A DNA stretch of 63,716 nucleotides, the filler included, from Cercozoa sp. M6MM (Eukaryota; Protista; Endomyxa: Ascetosporea): the NCBI GenBank assembly GCA_040357565.1. It is 9 parts of 9 records of this genome, joined end to end, with 100 filler letters (N's around TTAATTAATTAA, not from the genome) between each part and the next. Parts side by side here need not be neighbours in the genome. Positions count along the whole stretch, not along the records: positions 15,791 to 19,527 come from JBDODJ010001333.1; positions 19,628 to 23,645 come from JBDODJ010001240.1; positions 23,746 to 40,981 come from JBDODJ010000265.1; 6 more parts are not named here. One strand, written 5' to 3'. Positions 16,873 to 28,425 of the stretch are shown piece after piece. A program made the position numbers and the translations under genes. Position 1 is the first letter of the stretch. Every line of letters begins with the position of its first letter. The notes under the pieces are model-generated. The model had not been told where the DNA came from. It did no database searches and was given only the letters and a program-made list of their open reading frames with translations.

Positions 16873-18156
16873 ATGAAAAGTGAAAACTTGGACTCAAATA
16901 TCGCCACTTCTGAAAGCGAAAATTTACAAACGTCAGGCAAAGACAAGAGGCAAGAAGAAGCGAATCAAGAAGTAAACTTAGAGATAAAATCGCTTCCACG
17001 CCATGAATGGAGTCCAGCGCTATTGCAGCTCGAAACAAAGATAAACCAATTTTGCGACGACTTTGTCGCTGAAGTAGAGGAAGAGCTTGGCTTAGCTTGC
17101 AACGAAGAAGACGACAGGTCAGCGACAACGGTACCTGCTTTTTACCATTTTGAGACCAAGAATTCCCTCCCAAACCCTAACCTAAGAAGCATCTGGTTAA
17201 ACTGGCAAACGCAGCTGCATGCCCAGAAGCAAGTCCATACTTTAAGCATGAAGAACATCACTTCGCCTTGCTCACTCGCTCACACGACACATTCAAAAGT
17301 CAGCGGAGGTCGTACAGCAAAACATCCGGTTCAACCCGACGAAACAAGTATGGTGGAAGCAGCACAGCCTCCGCTGAAGAAACGTCGACGGGGCAAGCTA
17401 CCCTCCGCTGCAGTTCACACCCTGCGTGCGTGGTTCATCGAGAATATTGCTCACCCGTATCCGACCAAGGAACAACGGGAGAAACTGAGCCGCGAGTCGC
17501 AACTCTCTGTCAAACAAGTCAACACCTGGTTCACGAACATGCGAAAGCGGCAGTGGCGAGTTGACATGTCGGCGGAAGAGCGCAACGAGCTGAAAGAGAA
17601 GCTGATAAAAACGCAAAACAAGAACGTCGCACTGAAGGTCGCAACTGTGAGCCAACAATTTCATCATAAAAGCAGCATTCCACTTCGAAAACCGGCTCCG
17701 TTGAACCCTGTGGCTGGCAGTATCGTACCGCCTGCCTGCCTCCTCAACGGAAACGTAGCGATGCGCCTTCCAACTCTTAGTGGCTGCACTGCTCCAACTG
17801 CAATGCGCACTCAGAACGCCACCAACGAAACAGCTCTTGGTACGTGGCCAAGCGCTGGCTTGATACAGGTGGGTTGTTTCTCTCGAACTTTCATGCTATA
17901 ACTTGAGCTATCGTCTTATCGGAGGTTCGTGCCGAGCAGGGTTCCGATCTCGGCCTCGACGAACTTGCCTCTTTCTTGCACCAAGATGAGCCAACGCAAA
18001 CCTTGGACAGCTTCATGTCAACAACAACACCCACACTCGAACACTTGCTCGGCGAACCAGGCAATGGCACGCTCCCTCCTGGCTTTTGCTTTTCGTGAAC
18101 ACTGCGACCATCGCGTTATGCCAATTGGAATCGAAAAACTCAGCCTGGCGGCATAG
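16873..18156 (+). CDS. TALE-class homeodomain transcription factor; further upstream exons likely from about 15.8 kb
   Basis: KKRRRGKLPSAAVHTLRAWFIENIAHPYPTKEQREKLSRESQLSVKQVNTWFTNMRKRQW at about 17380-17560, with the PYP three-residue loop extension. Both ends approximate. Confidence 0.88.
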
Positions 18157-18764
18157 CTATACTCCGCCCGCAACAGCCTTATCGCAGGTGCAAGTAGATG
18201 TAGCAAAATACTGTAATTAAAAGTGTCACCTTGCCGCAGTTAACAGTCTGTGATTAGCCGGAGCGCTGGGAACAATTCTAGAACTAAATAATAAAGTCTT
18301 CGCTTGCAGTTTGCAACAACAAACGTAACTTGGAGCACGCATTTTAAGCTCAATTTTGCAGTCAAGGCGCTCGAGGCCAGCAGACTGCTAGATTGATCAA
18401 CAGAAGAAAGCGTTTTTTGCAAGAAAAGCGCAATCGAAGCACCAGCTGCGTGTATAAAAAAGAGGTAAAACACCGTAGCATCTTTTGGTGGTCAAGTAAA
18501 CGATTGACGTTGACAACAAAAACAGCAAGAATCATTGTTCTTTGATCGACGTGGTTGATCGGTTTGCCAACACCCGTCTGCAACGCGGGATTATCGATAT
18601 TGAACAGTATCGTTTCGGTTCTGTTGTTGTTGCGAGGCTTGTCTGTTCTGCAGCACTGGTGTGTGTGTGCCGTTTGTTGTTTTTGCTTTTGCGGGATCAA
18701 CGGGATGAAGTTTGCGGTCTGACGTGTGATTTTTGTCTGTTTTTCCAACCCAGGAAGAAACCAA

Positions 18765-19488
18765 ATGCAACTGCGTCGTGTCAAGGCTCTGGGATCGCGC
18801 TTTGCGTCGATGGCGCGTGCGCGTCTGCCGGCCGCACAGAACGAGCCGATGCTGGGTGTGTTTGGACTGGCTTAGTTGACCAAATGGTGGTGATGGAGGA
18901 GTGTACGCCTTTTGCAGACTACGCGCCGGGCAGTGCCGAGCGGCTGGCGTTGCGGCACGAGCTGCAGCGACAGGTGTCGCAGGTGATTGACATTCCCTGC
19001 ATCGTCAACGGACGCGAGGTCTACACGGGTAGCCCTGTGTGTTACCCCTTACCTTACCCCTTTGACCCCCTTACCCCTCCAGGCAACACGACGAATGTGA
19101 CAATGCCAACGCGGCACGGTCACATGCTGGCACGTGTGCACAAGGCCGACGCTGCTCTGGTTTTCGGCCGCGCCCCCTGGGAGGGGGGGTGCCCGGGTGC
19201 CCCCCCCGCCCCCCCCTTGCCCCCCCCTTCCCCCCCCCCCCCCCAGGTGGAAGAGGCCGCCGACGCGGCCGTCGCTGCGCAGGAGGAGTGGATGCACATG
19301 CCTACCGAGCACCGACTTGGCATCTTCCTCAAGGTGCGCGGACTGCTTTGCTCCCCTACTCCCTTCTTGCCTCCCTCTTACCCCCTTCTAACCCTGTTAC
19401 CCTGTAGGCAGCAGATCTGCTGTCGAAACGCGACCGAGCGAAGGTGTGCGCTGCCACGATGCTCGGTCAGGGCAAGAACCCGTGGCAG
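18765..19488 (+). CDS. ALDH4A1: Delta-1-pyrroline-5-carboxylate dehydrogenase, 5' part; truncated by gap
   Basis: Presequence MQLRRVKALGSRF; NEPMLDYAPGSAER; IPCIVNGREV; IFLKAADLL; ATMLGQGKNPWQ. Confidence 0.93.
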
Positions 19489-19654
19489 GTAGCTGCGTTT
19501 TACCCCTTTCTTTACCCCGTCTTTACCNNNNNNNNNNNNNNNNNNNNNNNNNNNNNNNNNNNNNNNNNNNNTTAATTAATTAANNNNNNNNNNNNNNNNN
19601 NNNNNNNNNNNNNNNNNNNNNNNNNNNTGTGAGTGTGTATGTATGTATGAGTCA

Positions 19655-22463
19655 CCTGCAACATCGCCTTGCGACCACGATCGCCCATGGATCGCGTGGC
19701 TGACCCGTGCACGTGCAGGAACCGGACCTGTATCAAAGGCGCTTGCATTTGGGATTTTGGTATATTCGAAACAATGATACCACGTTCGGCATGAGAAAGG
19801 TTGCAGTGATTGAGATGCTGAGAAACGAAGTCAGGTTGACGAACACCTGCACAACGTTAGCAGAGTGATGATCGATTTCCCTCACGCACACCCTGTGATG
19901 ATGAAACGCACCAAAGTCAGAGCCAGTGTGCTGTTCTTCCCTGAACTCAGTCTGCCCCACAAACAGGATAAATGCACAAATAAGGTAATCAAGTGGAAGG
20001 GGCAGAAGTACGCCTCATCGATCACAGGCGAGCAGATGTCGCGCGCCAGCGTGAAGGATGTAAAGTACATCAAAATCTAAAGCATAGGAGTCAACAGACA
20101 CATCACATGTCTCTAAAACAGAAGGAGAACATGCACGTAGCACCTGCATTGCCGGCAGCACGAGGTTGCTCCACATCTTGTCGCGGTGCACACTCCACTG
20201 CGGACACGTGTATAAAAATATACACCCTATCCTTACCAGCAGTGCACCACAGAATCGGAACTTACCAAGAGAATGGCGTTGCGTTTCGCATCCGACAGAG
20301 TCTCGAGCGTTCTACAAGTGCAAAATGCCCTTGAACAGGGGTACATTTATATCGCAAAAGGGCCATTTACGCATGCTCGTTGACACTCGACTCGTTCATG
20401 TTGCCCAGACACCTGTGTGCAAGAGGCGACATATGACAGGACAGAGAGGGCAGCTTAGGTGTGTCACCTTGAAACCAAGCCAGACTGGAACTCTTTTCTC
20501 TTTCCGCGAACATGGTGTCTGAACAAGATCAGAGGAGCAAAGAATAAAGGAGGTAAATATAGGGAATACAAGAGGAAACACACCTAATGCCCACGAGTGA
20601 TAGCACAAAGACGCCGGTGTAGATACCACTCAGCACAATTTCGTCCACGTACTGATTATGATGGGTTCAAAGTCAGTGAAAGTCGATACACACAACCAGT
20701 AGATCCTGCCTCAGATGATCCAACCTTGGAGTCGCACGACTCATGCGCCAAGTGCGTGTACAGACCGTAGCCAAACTGTAGCAAAAATGATATAATGGGA
20801 AAGGAACAGGTTTAAAAAAGGAGGGGGTGGGAAGGGGTATAGCTGGGGACTAAAAAGAGGGGGAGGGGGTAAGAAGTAAAGAAAGTCAAAGGGAACTGAC
20901 AACATAGAGCGACATTATGACAAGGTTTATGGGACGAATGTGGAAGAAGTCCACGGCAAAATCGAGAACGAGAATCTGCTGGTAGCGATCGAAACGAAAG
21001 TTTCGTGCCAGTGTAAGTCCCTGCTCCTGGCCTGAGTTGTGCCAATACAGACAAACGTCATGACATGTATCAATCACTCCAAACTGAGCGAATCTTACAA
21101 TTTTGAATGAAGAGATCTCTAAGAAAACAGCATGAAACAACAGTCGACAGATACAAAAATCACACAAAATACATCCCCGGTACCGGTTGGCACGGTACTT
21201 AACGACGCCGATTCGCTCGATTTCGGTTCGCCAGTTTCGCACACGACGTGACATCTAAATGTTCCCAACAGATTTAATAAATCACACAGGCGAATTGACA
21301 GATACTAACAGATAAAGACACCTGCGAGAAGGCACCTCCAGCCTCAGATTCATCCTCTTGACTCTCATCCGACTAGAAACAAACACAGAGTTGTTTCGGC
21401 GCACCTAGGACAAGGCTATCATACCTGTCCGCTCAGCATGTTCTCATGAATGGTCCACTTGCAAGCAACGTGCAGACACCTAGGTAAGAACACACAAGAA
21501 ACTGACCGATGCTGTTCGCGCGGTAAACAGAACACGTGGCTATCGACACCGTTGCAAAACGACTCTCATGGTTCCATAGAATAGCAGCATTGCGACAAAG
21601 ACGGAAAAATGCGTGCTCACAATAACCTGCTCGACCTGAAATTCAGACAATGAGAGCGTACAGCAAGCAAATTGATCTGGGATAGATTAACATTGTTTGA
21701 AGGTGTGAAATGGTACCGAGTATTCCTCGAGCACCGAACTTGGAAGCAAGTGTTCGGCCTACTCACATTTGCGTAGACATACTCTTCTGAAAATCCTAAT
21801 GACAGCAAAACCGACTCGCAGACAGTAAATTTACCAAATGCAGCTTGGTCTCAACGATCCACTCGACAAACGAGACCAACCCAAGCACTGTCAATTCTTG
21901 GAGAACATGTGTCAGCAGGCGCGAGAAGATATCTACCTCAAACAAAGAACGTTGTGCACACGTGGTCTAGCTTTAGCCTCTCTTTACCTCTCGACATCCG
22001 AAGAAACTCGCTGTCGACGGTGTGCGCATCGTCATCAAACACGTCGTGTCGCAGTCTGCCGACTTTTTCGCCTGCAGCGCACATATGCGAATACGAATGC
22101 AAGCAGTACATATAAATGAGACGCACAGACTATTATGATAATCTATACCTCGAACAAGCAGCGGCCAGAAGGAGCGGTCCAGTGCATGTGCGCGCTGTTC
22201 CACCAGTCCATGCACCCTGCATTTGCATGTTTTAACTTAGCCTGATTTTAAACACGTCTAAATGTGTGAAGTTGCCGTACTTCTCGAAGGCCAATGTCAA
22301 ACAGACGACAATGACAAACACGATGCCCTCCAAGAACACATATGTCGACACGCTACAACAATTGGCACCGTTGATACACGGCCTGGCACCAAGCATGCAT
22401 GTGCCACCCGTGCAAGTCAATGCACCAGAATTCGGCCTCGCCAGCGTCGTGTCCGCCTGCCAT
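19655..22463 (-). CDS. MLO-like multi-pass membrane protein; 3' end in gap
   Basis: Spliced: MAGGHDAGEAEF...IVFVIVVCLTLAFEKVHGLVE; LTHVLQELTVLGLVSFV (cf. MLO ELMLLGFISLLL); THFSVFVAMLLFY; KWTIHE; NFRFDRYQQILVLDFAVDFFHI (cf. FDFHKY..RSLEDDF). Confidence 0.75.
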
Positions 22464-23250
22464 CACGATTGGCTCTATCACTCTCCGCGAGCTGCTGCCT
22501 TGGGTTTAAAGGACGGCCTTGCGAAAAAATTCTGGCAAGTGATCAATGGTGTGACCACTTTTCCTCCCAGCAGCCAGTGAGGATAAGCAGCCAGTGGGAA
22601 CGGCAGAAACTACCAGGACTTGCACTGCCCTGCACAGTCCAATCGTGTACTGACATGGTCTGGCAGCACTGGCTCTGGGTGGGGTTGGTTGCAGTGCCAG
22701 TCCAGGCGAGCGTTTACTGCACTGGTTTGATACGATCGCGGAACACCACAGCATTTTTCTTGGGGAATGGTTGATCTCAGGCCAATGACTATCAATAGTT
22801 GCGTGCACAAACTCATTTACCCGACGGTGCCTCGAGAAGCAGATCTGAGTGGTACTGCATAATCCTCGAAAATAGTTGCCCCCGTAATTCCCGCACTAAA
22901 GGTGATAATTTATGGGCTACAGTTCGCACTTCAAGAAAGTAGTAATTTTCGCCGTGTGGTAATGACTGCGGCACGCTGGGGCACTATCAGTGCAGCTTTG
23001 GGAGATATTGCTGCGATTCCAGAGTAATTACGACGCCATTGAGGAGTTATTACAACAATGACGGGGTAATCACTACATGAATCCCACATAATTTGGAGTA
23101 ATTGGTGCCGTGGGTAAGCTGCGGACGGCTCAAGTGTTCGACGTTTCCAGCCGCACTGGCACGGTCTCCTCTCTACCTCAGTGACGCATACGGTAATAAA
23201 CAAAAAAACTGACGGTGAGACAATCCGAAGGAAGCAGGGTTGTTGTGTTG

Positions 23251-23626
23251 TTACTTAGCAGGTGGTCGCGTGAGTAGTATTAAGTTGTCGCCAATTGAGG
23301 CGAGCGTTTCTCGTGTGTGTTTGACAGGCCGGCTGCTCAAAGATGGCATTCGCTCACACGAACGGGTTGCTAGCATCGTGCCCAACTGCACAGAACCCAG
23401 GCAGAGGATAAGGGGCACGCGGAAGAGCACAGGACCAGCTTCATGCTTTAAATGTTTCGTACCAGTTGCGGCAAAGTTGCCGCCGGACGGTGCGCGCGGA
23501 CGACGGTGATGCTGCTGATGTTGATGCGCCTGGTGCTGCGGCTGATGTTGCACGTGCTGCTGCTGCTGCTGCTGCAGGAAGAGTTGCTGCTGCGCCAGCA
23601 TCTGCTGTTGCGCTAGGAACATCTGC
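23251..23626 (-). CDS. 3' fragment of a Gln/His-rich protein
   Basis: MFLAQQQMLAQQQLFLQQQQQQHVQHQ... next to the gap. Exon ends uncertain. Confidence 0.4.
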
Positions 23627-23797
23627 TCACGTGGGGGGGGGGGGGNNNNNNNNNNNNNNNNNNNNNNNNNNNNNNNNNNNNNNNNNNNNTTAATTAATTA
23701 ANNNNNNNNNNNNNNNNNNNNNNNNNNNNNNNNNNNNNNNNNNNNACACGACACTCAATCTACCCTGCCAACCGGCCAATTTCGTACTCTCCGTCTC

Positions 23798-23895
<98 letters not shown>

Positions 23896-23927
23896 TTCTG
23901 TACACTCCTGCCTTACTCTGTTCTCAG

Positions 23928-25511
23928 GCGAATCATGCTGTTTGTGATTCCATACTTTCTCATGCTGCACTACAAGGTCATCTTGAAGCCGCTCTGGGGA
24001 CAAAGTAATTGAACTCCTCTTGCACTTTGTAAATTTATACAGTACCTTTTCCTTGCCCGGACAGATTTCTCGATGACGGCGGACGGTTTTGCCGACTTGG
24101 ACGAGAAACGCACAGCGATCTTTGCGATAGCGTAAGGCTCTGTTATTCTCTTCTGTCTAAAGTGGAGCTTTCAAACCTCGGTTTCGACAGGTGTACGGGC
24201 GGTGCGTTTCTGCTGCTGGAGCACGCGAATCTGCTGCTGCAGCAGGAGGTGTTCTGGCCAGTGTTTGGCGTCTATGTTGTGGTACCTTTTGTTTTCCTTC
24301 GCTTTATGACCATTGAGTCGCACGGACTCTACGCAGGTGGCGGCACTGCCGTTAGTATTGGCCTCGCTGATTGTGGAGGACACGTGGGCTCTACATATCC
24401 ACCATTATAACTTCGGCTTGTTGATCTGGCCGCTGACTCGATTCCGTCGCGTCAGTTCCAACATCGTACAGGCCATCGCCATTGCGTTGTGTACATAGTC
24501 TTTTTCTCTCCGTATTTTGTCTCCGCGCGGATGCACGCTGGTGTCACCCTTGCTTTGTGCAGTCGTTCACGGCACGGCAGCCTACGGCTGGGATGAACCT
24601 TTCGATCTGGCGCACTCTGTCGCTGCTGTACCACTCGCGAGATGATGCTGATGTATGTGCATGTGTATATGTTATTCCTTGACATGTGCACAGCCAGAAA
24701 AGGCGCCGACAGTGACACGGGTCGGCCAGTCGGACCTATATGTGCTTTAGTTTCGGCCTTCCTTGCCTCACCACGTTGCTTTAGTTGAATGGCTCTCTCT
24801 CTCTTGTGTTCTCTGCGCAGGTCGAATGGGAAATGCTGCCGCGCAACTCGACGGATTATGTCTCTGGCACGCGTCTCTTCATCAATGGTCCGCTTCTTTC
24901 TTTCTCGGTTTCTATATCTGTCGATCTGTCTGTCCCTCTATCTGTATGCCTATGTACTTGTCTATGTACCTATCCATTTGTCTGTGTCTACCCATCTGTG
25001 TATCTGTGTATCTGTGTATCTGTGTATCTGTTGACTTTGGCAGGCTTCCGGGTGCACTCGACGGCGGCCGGCACGACGAGCGTGCTGCTGCACCGCGTGC
25101 CAGGCATGACCACTGTGATTAACGAGACACGTGTACGAGTGCCTATCCTTTCTCTGGGGTCCTCTCTTGTGTTCTTGTACTGGTGGACACATTGGTAGGG
25201 CAATGAGACAGTTCAGAGGAATCCGTACCTGGACCCGTACCCACTCGAGTTCAGTGTAACAACCTTCCCACCCGCCTTTCATTTCTGGCTTAACTGTGTG
25301 CTACAGATCAGGCACTGGACGGCACGGCCTCTGCTCGCGGAGAGTACAGCATACATTCATAACTTTATGGGGGATTGGACTACATGTCTTTACACTGTGA
25401 CCGCCAGGTAAGGATGGACCATCCGTGTTGGTGGATGTGCTAAAGCTACCTACATTGACGCCCGAGTTGCCCAACGGCGTCGAGGAAGTCACCCTGCCGC
25501 GTAACATTTAA
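23928..25511 (+). CDS. Multi-pass membrane protein with HIHHY motif, resembling the C-terminal region of fungal LCCL-domain membrane proteins; 5' truncated
   Basis: WALHIHHYNFGLLIWPLTRF...SNIVQAIAIAL/VVHGTAAYGWD; last exon ends EEVTLPRNI* with TAA at 25509-25511. Confidence 0.6.
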
Positions 25512-25823
25512 CAAATGCACTCGGACTCACTTTCGTTCACGGGTGTTCTTGGGACAGAATACGCGCCTGTGGCCGACAGGGGGAACACCGAGGCCTAAGA
25601 GATGCATTTGTGCCGCTCGCTTGTACCATGGCGCGACCATAAGTAAGCATTGAGCCATTGGGCCCCAGAGACGACGACTTGGAGACTGGCAAACGGAACG
25701 CCAGGTTGCAGCCCTAGCTCAGTCGGGAATGCCTGGACTTTGACAGTCTTGGCATTCAAATTCAGATGCGATTTGACTGTACGGTACGCGAGTCATGTTC
25801 GACGCAAATTCGGTCTGTACAGT
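25511..25823 (+). ncRNA. Candidate structured RNA element (unclassified; 3' UTR element or independent ncRNA)
   Basis: At least 8 helices: 25511-19/25603-11, 25542-50/25581-89, 25566-70/25576-80, hairpin at about 25615-55, 25686-90/25700-04, 25720-27/25772-79, 25727-33/25751-57, 25776-84/25815-23. G-U wobble pairs favour the + strand. Confidence 0.45.
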
Positions 25824-25955
25824 AAGGTAACGTGGCGTGGGTAAATTTAGTTTTTCTGCTCCAAGTCACCACCACACAGCGCCGCGTAGGCATCCAGAGC
25901 TGGCTTCAGTTGGTCAACCCAAGTTCAGTTCAGTTCTCATCTCGTCGGCAACGCA

Positions 25956-26817
25956 TCAGAATTCGTCATCATCGCACATCATGCCGTTGTTGGGGCCGTC
26001 AGTGGCGTGGCCGGTGTCCCTGCCCGAGTTGTGGTCACAGCGACGGCACTGCTGGAGGCGTCGCCAGGCCTGTTTGAGTCGCTCACGTTGCGACCTCTCG
26101 AGTGTTTGGCGCACTGAGCACACAACACATGCAGCACTCAAGTGAACAGGTGCGGTGTCAAGAGAGAGAGAGAGAGAGAGAGATGGTGTACCAACTTCTT
26201 CGGGCGGTCCACGGTAGGGCACGAGGGCGCGACTCGTGAGCGGCGGCAGACGACTCAACGGCATCAGCAGCAGCTCCTGCTGGGTCGGCTCAGTTGCGAC
26301 TCTCGCGAGTGTCCTCCTGCCTCTGCCGCCGACGAGTGTGGCATCTTCGTCGCTGCTGTTGCCCTCGTCGGCAATGTGCACGAACGAAGGTTGCTCTGAC
26401 GGTGCTCGCAGCGACTGGGCTGATGCTGCCTGCGACTGCGGGAAGTGCCGCCGAAATGACTGTGACTGTGGTAACTGCCTTGACTGCTGGAGTGACTGTG
26501 GTGATTGTGACGAAAATGACTGTGACGGTAATGAGTGTGGTTGGAACGACTGTGACTGGAACGACTGTGACGAAAATGACTGCTGCTGTGAGCTTTGCGG
26601 TGCCATCATGCGCGCGCGTTTGCGTGGCGGCTCGCGCCCACGTTCCTCAAAGTCAGCCTCGTCGGCAACGCTCGGAGAACGCCGTCGGCGACCCAGGAGT
26701 TTCTGACGAAACACTGCATGCGTGGCATCACTCCCGAATGTGCCTACAGTACATCTCATAAACGACACGTATCCAATGCGGAAAGCAAAGCGAACCAAAA
26801 AAACCACTGGGGTCCAT
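25956..26817 (-). CDS. Hypothetical Ser/Gln-rich probably nuclear protein
   Basis: FRQKLLGRRRRSPS...EPPRKRAR (NLS-like), SQS repeats, LVPYRGPP, ends MMCDDDEF*. Start inferred. Confidence 0.55.
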
Positions 26818-27121
26818 AAACTGCGGGATTGATGAGTTTCTAGTGCCAGGGGCACACGTCTGCATGGTAGGATGAATCGTACAACACAGTGATTCAGTTT
26901 CATTCCATTTCGATCTTCTTGTGACCACCGAATATTCGGGAGTTCTGGGCTCAGACAACGTATTGTTGTACCAAAATGAGTCGGATAATCCCTGCTCAGT
27001 CTGATCCCCGTGCAGAGACGTCGTGTGACACTGAGAACTCTCTGTTGCAGTGCACACTGCCACTCACCAAATTTGCGAGGTTGAGTGTGACACGTGGCTG
27101 GAGATCGAAACCCGTGGGTCA

Positions 27122-27891
27122 ATGGCGGTTCAGTTCCAGGAGCGCCTTGAGCAGGCCGCCCGTGCCGTAGATTGCACCCTTGTCAGCCCTTTCATAGATG
27201 CAGTGTTGGTACGCAGTGCCTCTGTAGTCGGATTGGCGTGCAGCGGTGCTGTACACGAACGACGGCGTTCTCGCCAATTACAACTGTCGCTTTCTTTGCT
27301 TTAACAATTTAAACCGCACTCAATTCGGCAACGGTTTGTGTCTGTAGACACCGGCGACGATGCCGAAAGAGCAGCTCTTGTGAATAACTTTCGTAGGCGG
27401 CACCCGGGTACTAGTTTTTCTTTTTTTAAGATGCATCCTTAACATGATGCACCTGGTTCTATAGATGACCCTGACCTGGAGAATGCCGACGGAGACGTGA
27501 GTGACGTTGTTCGTGACGGTTTCGAAGTGTCTGGCACTCATTATGTAGGATTCCTTTTGTCCGCCTTTTGTTTGTCCTCTGCATGTGGGATTTATCTGTA
27601 TCGTGTGTTTTAGGAGGTGCACCGGATACATGGGCATGCCGACCAGGTGTACTACGGCCGTGCTCTGCAGCCCGGTTACCGACTCGGCGCTGGCGTGCTG
27701 CGCATCGATCTCGGCGAGGCTGGCTGCGCTTTGTGCTCCCTCCTGTCTCCTGTCTCCTTACGTGCTGTGTATTTCTCCTTGAGTGCAGCTTGGCTGCGAC
27801 CTGGGAGCTGCCGAACCTGTCTGCAAAGTGTGTGGCTCACATGCGACGCTTTGGTGCGCGCGTTCGTGCCACGCTCGTCGAGTCGGACTGA
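27122..27891 (+). CDS. Divergent profilin-like protein
   Basis: Introns 27167-27227 and 27286-27347 restore the frame MAVQFQERLEQAARASDWRAAVLYTNDGVLANY...AERAALVNNF; later EVHRIHGHADQVYYGR...GAGVLRID...TWELPNLSAKCVAHMRRF. Size and pattern are profilin-like. Confidence 0.55.
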
Positions 27892-28425
27892 AAGTCGCCT
27901 GCACCTCCGACTAAGAGTCGCATCACGTTGAATCGCTGCGCTGCCGTGTCACTCGGTTTCTTACGCGCGATCTACACAGCAATTAAACTGCGACGGACCG
28001 GCCGGTTAAAATTTTACAGTGATTCGATGTAACTTTTTGATCCAAATTTTATTTTATTTCGTCAGTCGGGTACGATCGTGCGCCGTCAATCATGCACGTA
28101 CGCGTAAAATAGTTTACCGTACGTTTAGCGGCACGACTGTTCAGTTTACGTCATCAATAAATAATTAAATAAATACTGATCGGTCTCAGTTTTCCCAGTT
28201 TGCACGAATCTCCGAAGGGCTAGGCACTAAGTCGCGTGTTGCTAGGCCTGCAGTTGCTTTCTGAAGAAAGTGTGCGTGTGCCGGCCACACGAGCTTTGCG
28301 TGGGTAGCGCTCGATCCTTGCTTTAAGTTGTGGGTGTTTCACATCACAGCAACGAACACCACATCGGCCACTCTCGCGGGACAGCAAGCACCCCGTCTTA
28401 TCTCACATTAGAGAGTTTCCCTGCA

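Noticed and set aside
25640-25815. Assignment of the structured element as RNase P RNA or a group I intron (CCCAGAGA, TTGGAGA, AAATTCAGA, GACAGTCT resemblances)
   Set aside because: No proper CR-I/P4 with correct spacing and no complete P7 pairing; left unclassified.
26236-26706. Cys-rich metallothionein-like + strand ORF (CDCGNC repeats)
   Set aside because: Antisense reading of the SQS repeats of the minus-strand gene.
27265-27347. Non-canonical (GC-AG) intron or stop-codon reassignment
   Set aside because: A GT donor at 27286 restores the frame. The conserved genes I traced (FtsH, malic enzyme, parts of BOP1) translate with GT-AG introns and the standard code, and TAA, TAG and TGA are all used as stops.
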